Shown here: piece after piece, positions 19,601-28,698 of the stretch | Layout: every line of letters starts with the position of its first letter | Position numbering within the stretch: the first letter of the stretch is position 1 | Virus record (IMG/VR): IMGVR_UViG_3300030012_002903 | Span: 1 to 30,879 of that record | Direction: 5' to 3' (one strand) | Source: a virus | Lineage: Duplodnaviria > Caudoviricetes | Length of the DNA stretch: 30,879 nt | The notes under the pieces: generated by a model | Told to the model about the DNA's origin: nothing | Databases searched by the model: none | The model's input: only the letters and a program-made list of their open reading frames with translations | Position numbers and translations under genes: made by a program

Positions 19601-22600
19601 ATAGTGCCTCAATCTTAATAATTTGAGGTAGTTTTGATTGTGGTCTTAATGTAAAGTCTGATGGATAATCAAAACCAATACTTTCTAATTTTGTAGTTTT
19701 AGGAACACCAATTGATGTACTTGATGCCTCTAATATAGCACCTGTTCCCGCATCAGATGTAACAGTTGAGACACCAGGTAATCTAGTATATCCCTTTCCC
19801 CTTTCTGATAAAGAAATTGCTGCTATTGGGCCATACGCACTCCTAGATGTAGTATCATATATTATTTCAGTTGTTGATGAACTGGTATAAGATGATTCTT
19901 CTGGGAATCTATCTAAATCATATGTAAACGTATTATCAGAATTTGCTAAAATATTAAATTGACCAGCATAGCGACTATCTCTAAATGTTATTGAATTATT
20001 ACCGATAATTTCTTTATCTAATACTAATTCTTTATTAACATCTGGATTATCTGAATCAGTATTTGCAACTAAGTTATAGTAAAGTATTTTTGGAGTATTT
20101 TGATTATATGTAAGAATCAATTTACCATCAACACCAACTGTTCCTGTTCTACTTACATTAAATGTTGTTGATTTTTCATTTGAAGTATATTCATGTATAA
20201 AATTATAGTCAGTGTAAAGTTCTAAATCAAAAGCTGGTAAAGTATCTGCAACTTTAGTGAATGCTAAAGAAGAGTCTGATAAATCAAATGTTATAGTTCC
20301 GTTTTTATAAAATTCAAGTGGTGGATTAACAAGATTTAAAACTCCATTGTTCCCAGTATTAGCAGTGAGAATGCCAACAAATTTTGGTCTTCTTTGTCTT
20401 GTTTGGAATTTACTTCCACATAACTTAATTTTATCTTTATTGATTACATAAACAAAATACTCCTCATCATTAACTAAACCACCCATTGGACTAGATGATG
20501 TATGAATAACTCTTTGACCAGTTACCATTTCATGATTTACGATTTCAATCGCATCTGGTATTCCAGTTCTTGATGTTGATGTAGTAACTCCTGATTGAGT
20601 AAAATCTAAAGTTCTAGCAATTAGTTTTCTATTTGCTTTGTTATATTTGATTGGAACTGTTGTAACAATTCCAGCATTTACAGTTAAGAAAACTCTATCA
20701 TTATTAATTAATCCATGAGTGCTTGCAGTTGAAACAGTGACTTTATTTTTTTCAGCAGATCCTTTAACAGTTTTATCATAACTCACCTTTAAACTATGAT
20801 AGGTTCCAGTTCCAATACCTATGAAGTATACAAGACCTTGCTTTTTAGTTGTTGCTGCAGCACCCACAAATATATCTTCGGGATCTACACCATCACCTGG
20901 TGTTCCTAAACCAATTCTAACTGTAGATAAACCAATTAAATCATCACTTAGTTTTGCCACAAATAAATCTGTTCCTTCTGGAAGATTTGCAGATGCTCCA
21001 AACAAGTTAGCATTAGCTCGATTTGTGGAGATACCTATCGAGTCACCTGTATTTCTATTATATCTTACCTTATCTCCAGTTTTAAATTTATGATTTGGTA
21101 AACGTATAGATCTAGATGGGATGAATATCCTAGATAAACCACCACCAGGATTTGAAATAGTTACTGTTGTTCCTATTCCAGGCCCAGCAGTTGTTCCAAC
21201 ACCAACTGATTCCACTGGATTGAAATAGTATTCAGTATCAACTTGATTATTGAATTCAGTTGTGAATCCAACGTCTATTCTAAACTTTCTAGGATCTTCT
21301 TCTATAGGTGTTCTGATTGTATGTGTCGCTCCCACTACACCATCTTCTAAATCATTTTGATTTCTTAAAACTCTTATTCTAGAATTTGCAGCATCAACAT
21401 TTAATATTTTTACTTGTTCTTGTCTTGTTCCAATACCTACTTTTAATACATCATTCTCTCTTAAAGTGAGACTGTTGAGATTATCATTAGGAGATGGTAG
21501 TTTACCTTGAACATTGAAGAATGTTACTAATCCAGTGGCAGCTACTGATCCTATTCCTTGAGAAACTACTAATTGTGCAGATGAAATACCAATATTATAA
21601 GTTTTTCCTCCAAGATCAGAACTAGTGGTTGACATCCCTGAGACAAAAATCTTATCTAAATTTTGTAATTGTATTGGAGTGGTATGAACACCAATAAATC
21701 TACCCCTTTCCTGTGCTGGATAAAATTCAATATTTTCTAATTTAGTGTTAGTAACAGCGATAGTGCCAATTCCAGGCCCTCTAATCTTAGAGACCTTTGC
21801 TACAGTTTCAAAATTATCGGCAACTGCCTCTTCAAATACAACTTTATCATTAACCTGATAAGAAGATCCACCAGTGACTATTCCAACTTTTTCTACAGCA
21901 CCTTCTGATGCATAAACTATAGATCCTTCTTGTGTTACAAAATTATATGATTGACTTACGTAATTATAAGCACTATCATCTTGAAGCAATTCATATGGTT
22001 CTGTATTTCTTACCCAACCAGTTTCATTTAGATCTATTTCATCTTGATTGCTTTTAGATAAGAAATTAAATTCATTTGGTTGTGCTCCAAAGTTTTCACC
22101 AAGTAAATATGGGAATTTTGGTTTTTTAAAGTTGTCAAACGGATCACTAGAATCATCAGTTAGTGTAGATTCGAGAGTTGCAAAGTATGCATATATTCCA
22201 TTTGGATATTCTGGAGTTACACCATATCTTCCATTATTTTCATCAAGGAAACTTTCATCAGTGCTGCTATTCCAAGTAAAATCTTCAATGAAAAATTCTT
22301 GAGGGAAGATGCTAGTTGGAGGTCTATTTGTTTTTAAATCAATAGAATATCCTGATTTAAGTTGTGTTACAGATCCACCTGTGCTCTTTTCATATCCATA
22401 AGGGCCATATATTGGAAGACCATCGTAAGCCCAACCAATAATTGGTGAGTGTTGTGTTTTATTTTCTTCGGTTTCACCATTTAATAATGTTAAATCCCTA
22501 CTTCCAAATAATGGATCACCATCAGCATTATTTTGATATACAATTTTTCTTAGACCTCTTGGTGCATATGCATGTGAAACCTGCAACTCACGACTGATTT

Positions 22601-25600
22601 GAGTTGCTTTTTCTATGAAAGTATCAGATGAATCTATGTTAGTGAAATTTTTTCTAACTTCATTAACTTGCCATGTTTTAAGATTTGATTGGAATATACC
22701 AAATTCACCTGCAGATTCCACATTAAGAGAGGTTGTAGATGCACCATATCCAATACCACCTTTAATTATTTTAACTGATCTAATTTGACCATCAACAATT
22801 TCTGGAACTAACTCTGCACCAGTTCCAATACCTGTTACTGAAATACTAGGAGGAGTGTTATATGATTGACCTCTATTATTAATCGCAACGTCAATAATTT
22901 TTCCATTAGCAACAACAGGTAACAATTCTCCACTTACACCAGTATAAAGATCAATCCTTGGTTGTCTGTTAAAATTAAGTATCTCTGAAGCACCGTAACC
23001 AACACCACCATCTGTTAAGTGAACAGATGTTACCTCTCCTCTAAAGAGTGGTTGAGGTATACATTGGAAATTCTTTCCTTCTATTGAACTTATACCAACA
23101 ATACCCTCTACTGTCACAACAATCGGATCATAGTTAAAACTATGAGTTGCAACTCCAATAGATCTTAAGTTTTCATATTGTTTAGTTCTAAAATAGAAAT
23201 CTTTTGCAGTTGTTCCAACACCAACTGTTGATAATTTAAATGTATTTTCATCTATTACAAAAACATAATATTTTTTATCACTTGCAAGACCTTCTACAGC
23301 AGTTCCGTTTGGATCAGCACTATACGTTATAATCTCACCTGTCTTATAATCATGGTTATTAATTGTAATCCTATTAAGTGCAGTATTAATACCAGTTGGT
23401 TCGCATGTTTTAAGTTTGTTTTCATATCCTTCACCTGGCTCTAATACGTTTATGCTGCCGACTTGTGATTTACCATTAAGAGATCTAAATTGATGGTTTC
23501 CCTCTCCAAAAGCAGTAAATGCTATGGTATTAATACCAACCACTGCCTCATCTAAATTTCTGTGAAGTCTAATTGTTTTTTCTGGGAACCAAGTTGTTCC
23601 AGCATATCCTACAAAACTTGATATTGTTGTTATTCCACTGGGAGTATCTGTATTAACGTAATATATTGCACCTGTGCTTAATCCTGCTAATGCTTTCTCT
23701 CCAAAAGTCTCGTATACAACTCTCTCGTGGTTTCTAAATTTATGATATGTTAAAAATCCTACATTATAGTCATTATGAGTAGTAATCGCAACTGTTTGAG
23801 ATCCTGCACCAGAGTTGAACACAACTTGATGTGGAACAGTAATCATTTTACATTCTGCTACAGCACCAGTTCCGTTTCCTCCGCTAATTGACACTTTGGG
23901 AATATCAACATAATCAAAGCCTGGATCTAAAACTCTAATCTCTTGCAAATTACCTCTAGTTGCTACAAAACCAGTAGCACCAACACCAGTGGCATCATTA
24001 ATCGCTAGAAGTGGTGGATTTATAACATCGTACTTTGAACCGCCACCAGTTACATCTATAGATTTAATATCACCGTAATAACAAAGCTCTTGAGATTTAT
24101 AACTTAATATTTCAACACCATTAATTAACATTCCATTGTATCCAATTCTAGTTGGATATTTTTTACCATCATAAACAGGCATATCAATTTCTCTAAACAG
24201 TTTTTGTGGTAAAATCTGTTTTCTATGAAATTCATATTTTTCAAAAGTATTATTTGTTATTTCAGTAGTAACAGTTGATTCTGATACTTTTTGATAATTA
24301 CCATCATATAGATTTGATCTAGATTTTGCTAATTTTATATCATTTAAATTTACTCTCTCTACAAAATACAATCCTTCTGCAAACAAGAAACTAGATACTG
24401 TTCCATCATCATCTTTCTGTGGTGTATAGTAAATTGCATCACCACTAAAGAAATTATGATCATTAGCACCTGTGGTAATACCAATAATAGTTTGACCACC
24501 AAGAAATGTTCCTGATAGTTGAATTTTTTGAGTGCTTGGATTTAATTTGTGATCAGATCCATATGTTGGTATAGAGTTGGAAGCAACTAAATTTTTAAGT
24601 TTAGAAAGAGTATGGGCATATCCAACTTCCTCCATGTAAATGTTCTGAATATTTGCAGTATAATCATTTAAATGCTGATGATTATTATCAACATCACTTC
24701 CATCTGAATTTGGTTTTGAAAGAGTTTTTGTTATTGCAACTACTGCAGAAAGGCTGCTTATTGCAGCACCTCTAATTCTAACTTTTGTGCTGCTTAAAAC
24801 ATCAGTAACAGCATAACCACCATCTAAGGTCGCGTTGCTTGTTTGAACCGTTACAGTATCATTTAATCGTATTCTATGAAAATCTTTTGTCGTAACTTCG
24901 TACGTATTATTAGATGCATCCTGTAAAGTTATACTATCAATATTATACTTTGGTTGAACATTAAATACCCAATTATTTGATTTAAAATCAGTTACTTTAG
25001 CGATCTTACCTAAAGATTTTAATTTTATTTTTGCACCCTTTCTTTGATAGAAAGTATTAGGTAATTCAACACCACTTAATGCACCTGTTATACGACACCG
25101 TATGCCGTCTGTAGTGACCCCTGCAGTGCTGTCTGCTTGTCCTAGGGCATATACATAGGTATTTTGTTTAATAGGTGTAGCATCCTTAATAGTGGTGGTT
25201 ATACCAGTTGTGCTTATACCTAAAAACTGTGTTATGTTAGTGCTTGAATATGTGCAAATTCCAGTAGTTCCATTTTGATATTTAAAGGTTAATGATCCTT
25301 TATCAGGGAATCCGATAGTGGAGTCAACATCTATGAAAGTCTGTGCAGCACCGACTGATCCTACGTTTCTTGAGTTAGCATGAATACCAAACTCACCGTA
25401 TAGTAATTCGTCAGAACTACCTGTTCCAAACGAAGCGTCAATACTAACTTTATAGTAAGTTTCTGTTAATAAACCAACTCTAACCCTCTCAACCATTGAT
25501 ACAGGGCCATATGCTCTAGATAAATTTTCAAAGGGATCTTGAAAGAGAGTTTTATTCTCAAGATCCATTGGATCACCCTGTATTGCTTCAACTATAATGT

Positions 25601-26324
25601 CACGAGTCTTTCTGTAGTTTGCGTCTGATGGAGCAATGACATAATCAGCAGGTCTTACAATATCTACTTCTTCGTTATATAATGACTTGAATAGTATTTT
25701 AAATGATTCGTCAGTTCCTCTTGAGTTATAAAAATCTTTTGAATGACGAATGAACTGTGGTTGATTTAATCCAGTGTTTAAATCTTTTTGAAAACCAGGT
25801 AAAAATTGTTTCTTTGACTTCTTTAAAAACTCCTCTAAGAATAAAACACTTAAATTATTAACTTGACCACCACTTGTTCCAACACCAACTGCATGACTAG
25901 ATGCATTAGATGATGAAAAAACAAACTCCTCTGGTTCATCAGGATTACTAAATGATGTAATACCAGAAAAACCACGAATACAACCAGTAAATGAGTTAGT
26001 TGTTAATCCTGTATATGAAATTATCTCATTATCTATTTTTAATAGACCATAACTGTCTGGAAATCCAGTCGTGTCCTTTACAGATATAGTTTCATCAAAC
26101 TGACCAACAGCACTTGAGAGAGTCGTAAACCCAACCAGAACTCCAGATTTGTTTAATTGTATATAAGAATCTAAATTATTGATTATATCAATTGGGCCAC
26201 CTTGATATTCTTGACCTTGATAATAAGCACTTAAAAATTCACCCACCAATGGGCTATCATCCTTCACATAACTAGGAAGTTGTTCTTTTACAACCTTATT
26301 AATTTGAACTCTTTTTTCTGTCAT
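13629..26324 (-). CDS. gp7: Giant baseplate wedge initiator (cyanophage gp7-like), multi-module
   Basis: 4231 aa, between gp6 and gp8. N-terminal V..QLP.YV....PL..EFL..YY and I...KDFY.SRGT.ESFKILF..LY.E.V, plus later YYQ.FSY.IKS......W...V..L.H..GF..Y motif, typical of T4-like gp7 wedge proteins. The remainder consists of repeated beta modules. Confidence 0.82.
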   Translation of the reverse strand: MTEKRVQINKVVKEQLPSYVKDDSPLVGEFLSAYYQGQEYQGGPIDIINNLDSYIQLNKSGVLVGFTTLSSAVGQFDETISVKDTTGFPDSYGLLKIDNEIISYTGLTTNSFTGCIRGFSGITSFSNPDEPEEFVFSSSNASSHAVGVGTSGGQVNNLSVLFLEEFLKKSKKQFLPGFQKDLNTGLNQPQFIRHSKDFYNSRGTDESFKILFKSLYNEEVDIVRPADYVIAPSDANYRKTRDIIVEAIQGDPMDLENKTLFQDPFENLSRAYGPVSMVERVRVGLLTETYYKVSIDASFGTGSSDELLYGEFGIHANSRNVGSVGAAQTFIDVDSTIGFPDKGSLTFKYQNGTTGICTYSSTNITQFLGISTTGITTTIKDATPIKQNTYVYALGQADSTAGVTTDGIRCRITGALSGVELPNTFYQRKGAKIKLKSLGKIAKVTDFKSNNWVFNVQPKYNIDSITLQDASNNTYEVTTKDFHRIRLNDTVTVQTSNATLDGGYAVTDVLSSTKVRIRGAAISSLSAVVAITKTLSKPNSDGSDVDNNHQHLNDYTANIQNIYMEEVGYAHTLSKLKNLVASNSIPTYGSDHKLNPSTQKIQLSGTFLGGQTIIGITTGANDHNFFSGDAIYYTPQKDDDGTVSSFLFAEGLYFVERVNLNDIKLAKSRSNLYDGNYQKVSESTVTTEITNNTFEKYEFHRKQILPQKLFREIDMPVYDGKKYPTRIGYNGMLINGVEILSYKSQELCYYGDIKSIDVTGGGSKYDVINPPLLAINDATGVGATGFVATRGNLQEIRVLDPGFDYVDIPKVSISGGNGTGAVAECKMITVPHQVVFNSGAGSQTVAITTHNDYNVGFLTYHKFRNHERVVYETFGEKALAGLSTGAIYYVNTDTPSGITTISSFVGYAGTTWFPEKTIRLHRNLDEAVVGINTIAFTAFGEGNHQFRSLNGKSQVGSINVLEPGEGYENKLKTCEPTGINTALNRITINNHDYKTGEIITYSADPNGTAVEGLASDKKYYVFVIDENTFKLSTVGVGTTAKDFYFRTKQYENLRSIGVATHSFNYDPIVVTVEGIVGISSIEGKNFQCIPQPLFRGEVTSVHLTDGGVGYGASEILNFNRQPRIDLYTGVSGELLPVVANGKIIDVAINNRGQSYNTPPSISVTGIGTGAELVPEIVDGQIRSVKIIKGGIGYGASTTSLNVESAGEFGIFQSNLKTWQVNEVRKNFTNIDSSDTFIEKATQISRELQVSHAYAPRGLRKIVYQNNADGDPLFGSRDLTLLNGETEENKTQHSPIIGWAYDGLPIYGPYGYEKSTGGSVTQLKSGYSIDLKTNRPPTSIFPQEFFIEDFTWNSSTDESFLDENNGRYGVTPEYPNGIYAYFATLESTLTDDSSDPFDNFKKPKFPYLLGENFGAQPNEFNFLSKSNQDEIDLNETGWVRNTEPYELLQDDSAYNYVSQSYNFVTQEGSIVYASEGAVEKVGIVTGGSSYQVNDKVVFEEAVADNFETVAKVSKIRGPGIGTIAVTNTKLENIEFYPAQERGRFIGVHTTPIQLQNLDKIFVSGMSTTSSDLGGKTYNIGISSAQLVVSQGIGSVAATGLVTFFNVQGKLPSPNDNLNSLTLRENDVLKVGIGTRQEQVKILNVDAANSRIRVLRNQNDLEDGVVGATHTIRTPIEEDPRKFRIDVGFTTEFNNQVDTEYYFNPVESVGVGTTAGPGIGTTVTISNPGGGLSRIFIPSRSIRLPNHKFKTGDKVRYNRNTGDSIGISTNRANANLFGASANLPEGTDLFVAKLSDDLIGLSTVRIGLGTPGDGVDPEDIFVGAAATTKKQGLVYFIGIGTGTYHSLKVSYDKTVKGSAEKNKVTVSTASTHGLINNDRVFLTVNAGIVTTVPIKYNKANRKLIARTLDFTQSGVTTSTSRTGIPDAIEIVNHEMVTGQRVIHTSSSPMGGLVNDEEYFVYVINKDKIKLCGSKFQTRQRRPKFVGILTANTGNNGVLNLVNPPLEFYKNGTITFDLSDSSLAFTKVADTLPAFDLELYTDYNFIHEYTSNEKSTTFNVSRTGTVGVDGKLILTYNQNTPKILYYNLVANTDSDNPDVNKELVLDKEIIGNNSITFRDSRYAGQFNILANSDNTFTYDLDRFPEESSYTSSSTTEIIYDTTSRSAYGPIAAISLSERGKGYTRLPGVSTVTSDAGTGAILEASSTSIGVPKTTKLESIGFDYPSDFTLRPQSKLPQIIKIEALSGLKEVGITSYGRGYNQPPQLVVLDGVTRVKDENVDLAYNLETPDRSGYVDIIENTFGLSNVTPIIVPVNNPNGIRVTNLVYDASTDTVAATLKVAYSLTENFPIEIGDKVFVENASVGVGSTGKGYNSDAYQYRTFEVTQVHENLGNVGVVTYSMGGNVPSGEIPGNFNTTLSSAVLVRERDFPQFSPILQPNTFNANETLTSETSVGPVSGLAFEYDEESQWLTVEASSDFEVGRLIESAETGAKGTVSEIVLTFDTNFLVNYFSLVNNGWEYDTGKLNDILQVTHENEYYQRFSYAIKSRVFEEKWKDMVNTLTHTSGFRKYSNLQVESNLPVTQKASLVVGTAGTVTGIIDLQGFESLHEVDNFDLVTENLKSRSPAAGNLSDEITFQNRILIDYAESVGNRVLTIDNISDDFQDQPRSTAFSEVGRFSITGNKENRFMVYVKDRLFTGERQLMMVNALFDPISGQSMINQYGQVDTVRDLGSMDSDVDGTEAVLKFFPNKSEFNNYNVVTLSYNLNELIGSGTTTIVGTTTAIGAASSPASALVHIGAATTLGGSSQGGGEVIVATVGTASTTGLATGNAEELHNARSAKVIVSIATSEGTVEYNELSMVMNQSAVGLGSTVAFEQYGQLTIHNRRDNLAAEPLGTFRPHIVGLGTTAQIQIGFTPNAGIVTAYINSVTIGLSSETYTGLGTVSLKNASLIAKSTSIPARSAPESVGIGSYGEEFDAAYAIVQIKDTLNDTYEFAEVMMIDDDDRVFLTEYGNIITGAGATSGIGTIEGARDSTDCFTELKYVPNANIPVEVKTFMHALKVVEDSNTAKIDLNSASIQSKFDIYEGTFFGARTGFAIKNEGNEIFKQNFDGSSSSIVDVTNNTITIPNHFFVTGEEVEYSIAQPIVGCTTTGIGSTGDAIGIAATHFPGQGLSGIGATLTHVPSSVFIIKVSDSIVKLAASAENALKSINVPLDISAVGVGTSHSLISKNQNTRALITIDNIIQSPIVGTAVTTSLGVDFKRGETIMFTSGITSFFSGDVVKVGNEMMKIIATNNAGISSAIRVHRNWMGTDLLDHSNHDVVTKMVGNYNIVDSTLNFAAAPIGNRPQVGLATSPPNERDFVGITTTSSFSGRIFNRSGIKGGNFDAYSRNYAIDDIAQEFNGQKKVFTLTSDNANVTGIATNLGIVLVNGILQGAGETNDYEMTEVSGISSISFTGTASSITNDVQSASIPVGGIIVSVASSEGLGYQPLVSAGATIRFASSGIVTAVSIGNSGSGYRVNPGPAMGATTSSISGVGIATEVKVGVAFTTSTGTPVIEFIGTAAVTNGRVVSIAITQTDPVPGFTGVGSSTFEAIIDAPLPYQDIPLHYDHASTPGVGGTQARANITVGVATTGGRVIDFEITNTGFGYGNSQVLTVPTFATAPGESYAIPIDAHLFKPFKLTLEKVHHDEFNMWTMGELQALDDFSSLFDGTRKSFPITVGGEAFAIQGRTGSNIVVQNTIILTINDVLQVPGEGYEFNGGGTITMTEAPNEGDVMRLFFYRGTGGEDVKDRDIVETVKVGDDLQVGFDPAYNTERFIEFPRTVGEIKSSDTVITNQYFGVGIGNDATEVRPVKWYRQIEDKFIDGRIVHKDRPLYEPNLFPTAYLIQSVGVADTVFWLDNCRPFFNPENENPIDRNFQKDLQIVNASHELEFLAGAAATATISIGNTVSSIVISDGGDGYTTAPTVTIQQPVSVGGTPFAGIGSTTIATATATIANGSVTAITVTSPGIGYTQVSHPQVLIAPPTYVREETTVESFGGDFGVVTGVGICSNISRANGEAVAIGTAVVFDMYIPKGSPLRDENITSPDPISITGLQTGFYFTVSNTNVGSGVTSLELDGTYIGIGTTALDNIYEVSHYVGITTVGFGSDQAEAAVRVFSRVLDWNGLQNTVGYSTLNQGLTTSFVGEFSWGRLQLTDRQISQAYTINTSNGVVGIKTGPQIKRKIALKAENYVV

Positions 26325-26328
26325 GTGG

Positions 26329-28257
26329 TTATCTTACAAGCTTCTTTTCTTTATAACTTGGGGTAACAGTGTATGTTGAACCAGATGGATCTGCACCTGA
26401 AGCAATTTCATCAATAATCATCTCTACGTTACTAGTATCTAGTTGCAAATACAGATCTTGTAATCCAATTACATCATTTGAAAATGGACAAGTGGAAATT
26501 TCTAAGATTTGTTGAGCGTCTTTTGTCTTTCCTGATGTGATATTAATAGGGTTGAGTGTAATTCTACCAGTTTCATAATTTATAGTGCCCACATTTTGTC
26601 TCTCAATCAATGGTGTAGTCGATCCTGGTGCGTCTAAGGAGAATAAACCGAGTGTTCCTGTAGATGCATCAGCGTTTGGTAGGTCATATAAGTAGACCTC
26701 ATTGCTAATATCCAATACTCTAAAGGCAGATGAACGAATATTAAACCCATCCATGTATCTAACATCAAATCTGTTACCAAAATCAATAGCATATTCAGCG
26801 AATTGATTGGTTGCTAGTCGTAAATCTCTTCTCATTTCTACAGTTGTGATGTTAGAAGTGACAGATTCGTGACTTTGATCAATAACTTTTAGGAATTTAC
26901 TGTATTTGAACCTTGCTCCATACTTATTTAGCTCTGCAGATGCAGCCAATTTATTAATATTATTCAAAATTTGAGAAGAAACCGTCAAAGCATTGGGTGC
27001 AAGACTCGTATTATAGTAAACTTTACTCTCAGTCTCAATAAAGAGATACTTGAGATCAAGAATTTCGGGTACAATTCCCGCCACAGAGTATTTTCGGAGG
27101 TCTCTTTTGATATTTTCCTTGATTGCATTAGGAACAAAGTCACCAGTCCGAGGTTTTATACTAATAAACACCTTTCCATACTGTGGAGGAACCAATTCTT
27201 CACCTCCATAAACAGAAATTGACTCAGTTTCTGGGTAAATTTTGTTAGGAATTAGGATTTCATAGTCATTTGAGGTCAAAGCTCGGTTTTGAGTAGCATA
27301 AATCTGTGGTGCAAACTTTTTAACAGACTCAACACTCTCAATTTCGTCTCCACCACTAGAGGGATTGATGGCAGTTACAAGAGAAATACCACTAGTTATG
27401 GTGTTTTCGACTGCATTTCGAGAATATACACATTTTCCAGCAAAAGATAGGTTGCTTACACCATTTCCCTCCGATCCACTTGACAAAATATACGAAACTT
27501 CAACAATATTTCCGTCTTCAAGTGCTTTTCCGAAGATTCCATCACCAAAAATAATCTCATATTGCTCATCTTCTATCTCTTGAATGTAATAAATGAGAGA
27601 ATTTTTGTTTATTGAGCTACCTGTGACCGCATCAAACAGACTATCTTGCCTTACATAGTTGGATAATAGCGAAGAAGTCGAACTTGGTCTTACATTTACC
27701 TCTAAAGTGTCCAAATCTATGCCAGAATTGGATAAAATAAACCTTTGATTGATATTATTTGTCGAAAATGGAAAACTTTGTTCGATTACAGTGCCTTCTT
27801 TTACTTCTACATCTAAAAATGAAGCAACTCCGTCAACTACAGGTTTTGTAATGTCTTTTGTAGTGCCAAAAACGAAAGATTGACCGCCAAATTGGTTAGA
27901 AGCAGCGACTGGCCCTTTTTTTAAGGTAATTGTTGTTGGTGGAGGTGTAATTCCTGGCTCTACAGTAAAATTTATCGTCACAGTAGACGCTTTTTTTGAT
28001 CTTGGTACATATCCGATGTTTCTAGCAAGTGCAACAACGTTTTCTCTAAGAGTTGCACTATCAATAAAGACCTCATTCGAGATCATATTGGCATTATATG
28101 ATGTAATATAGGTATTATATGCTAAAACGTCTAAAATTGTAGACAAGTTCGATCCCTCGAAGTCATAATCCGTAAAATTCGAGTTGGATTGCAAATATTG
28201 TTTAAGTGTTTCTTTAATCTGGTCAAAATCCAGACTTGTGAAGTTTAATAGTGCCAT
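26329..28257 (-). CDS. gp6: Baseplate wedge subunit (T4 gp6-like)
   Basis: LDFDQIK..LK.YL.....FTDYDFEGSNLS..LDVLAYNTY..SYNANM..NE.F.DSA.LRENVV.LAR.IGY.PRS...FGDGI.GK....G...GG...ES.ES.K..AP..Y..QNRA.T..DY...YGKVFISIKP are gp6 motifs. Confidence 0.95.
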   Translation of the reverse strand: MALLNFTSLDFDQIKETLKQYLQSNSNFTDYDFEGSNLSTILDVLAYNTYITSYNANMISNEVFIDSATLRENVVALARNIGYVPRSKKASTVTINFTVEPGITPPPTTITLKKGPVAASNQFGGQSFVFGTTKDITKPVVDGVASFLDVEVKEGTVIEQSFPFSTNNINQRFILSNSGIDLDTLEVNVRPSSTSSLLSNYVRQDSLFDAVTGSSINKNSLIYYIQEIEDEQYEIIFGDGIFGKALEDGNIVEVSYILSSGSEGNGVSNLSFAGKCVYSRNAVENTITSGISLVTAINPSSGGDEIESVESVKKFAPQIYATQNRALTSNDYEILIPNKIYPETESISVYGGEELVPPQYGKVFISIKPRTGDFVPNAIKENIKRDLRKYSVAGIVPEILDLKYLFIETESKVYYNTSLAPNALTVSSQILNNINKLAASAELNKYGARFKYSKFLKVIDQSHESVTSNITTVEMRRDLRLATNQFAEYAIDFGNRFDVRYMDGFNIRSSAFRVLDISNEVYLYDLPNADASTGTLGLFSLDAPGSTTPLIERQNVGTINYETGRITLNPINITSGKTKDAQQILEISTCPFSNDVIGLQDLYLQLDTSNVEMIIDEIASGADPSGSTYTVTPSYKEKKLVR

Positions 28258-28659
28258 TTATCGTGATGGAAGCAAAGCAAATTCTAATTGTGAAGGAGGT
28301 ATATCAATACCGATGATTCTATATGTTATTATTACATCAAATTGGTTCTCATCAAAGTTAGGATTAACCTTAACATCAATTATTTCAACTCTAGGTTCAT
28401 AATTTTGAAGACAATTCTTAATTTCGTCTTTAATTGATATCGCAGTGATATCATCGACATTTTCAAACAATATTTCACTTACACTTGATCCAAAATCAGG
28501 ATCAAAGAACTTTTCACCAGGTGTAGTCGATACAATATTACGCACAGCTCTCGCTATTGCATTCTCATTCTTCAAAGCGATCAAATCACCACTCAAGGGA
28601 TTAAACTTGAATGATATACTAAGATCTTTGAAACTTTTACTAACTCTTTGAGCTGGCAT
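28258..28659 (-). CDS. gp25: Baseplate wedge subunit gp25 (GPW/gp25 family)
   Basis: FKDLSISF..NP...DL..LKNE.AI.RAVRNIV.T.PGEK.FDP.FGS....LFE......I...I......YEPRV is the gp25 pattern. Stop abuts the gp6 ATG (TAAATG). Confidence 0.93.
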   Translation of the reverse strand: MPAQRVSKSFKDLSISFKFNPLSGDLIALKNENAIARAVRNIVSTTPGEKFFDPDFGSSVSEILFENVDDITAISIKDEIKNCLQNYEPRVEIIDVKVNPNFDENQFDVIITYRIIGIDIPPSQLEFALLPSR

Positions 28660-28682
28660 TAGTAGGTTTTAGTACGTATTTT

Positions 28683-28689
28683 TATTTAT
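28683..28689 (-). promoter_or_regulatory. Late promoter (ATAAATA) upstream of gp25
   Basis: Minus strand CATAAATA in the short intergenic gap, about 23 nt before the gp25 ATG, at the head of the baseplate operon. Confidence 0.72.
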
Positions 28690-28698
28690 GAGGGTTTC

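Noticed and set aside
4315-26324. Inteins, introns, homing endonucleases or diversity-generating retroelement repeats explaining the giant ORFs
   Set aside because: No Hint, LAGLIDADG or HNH motifs, frame interruptions, reverse transcriptase, or long near-identical DNA repeats were recognised. The size is explained by protein-level repeats.
27911-27924. Possible -1 slippery site A-AAA-AAA-GGG in gp6
   Set aside because: A-runs are common in this AT-rich DNA. No downstream stimulatory structure was seen, and gp6 is intact and full length.
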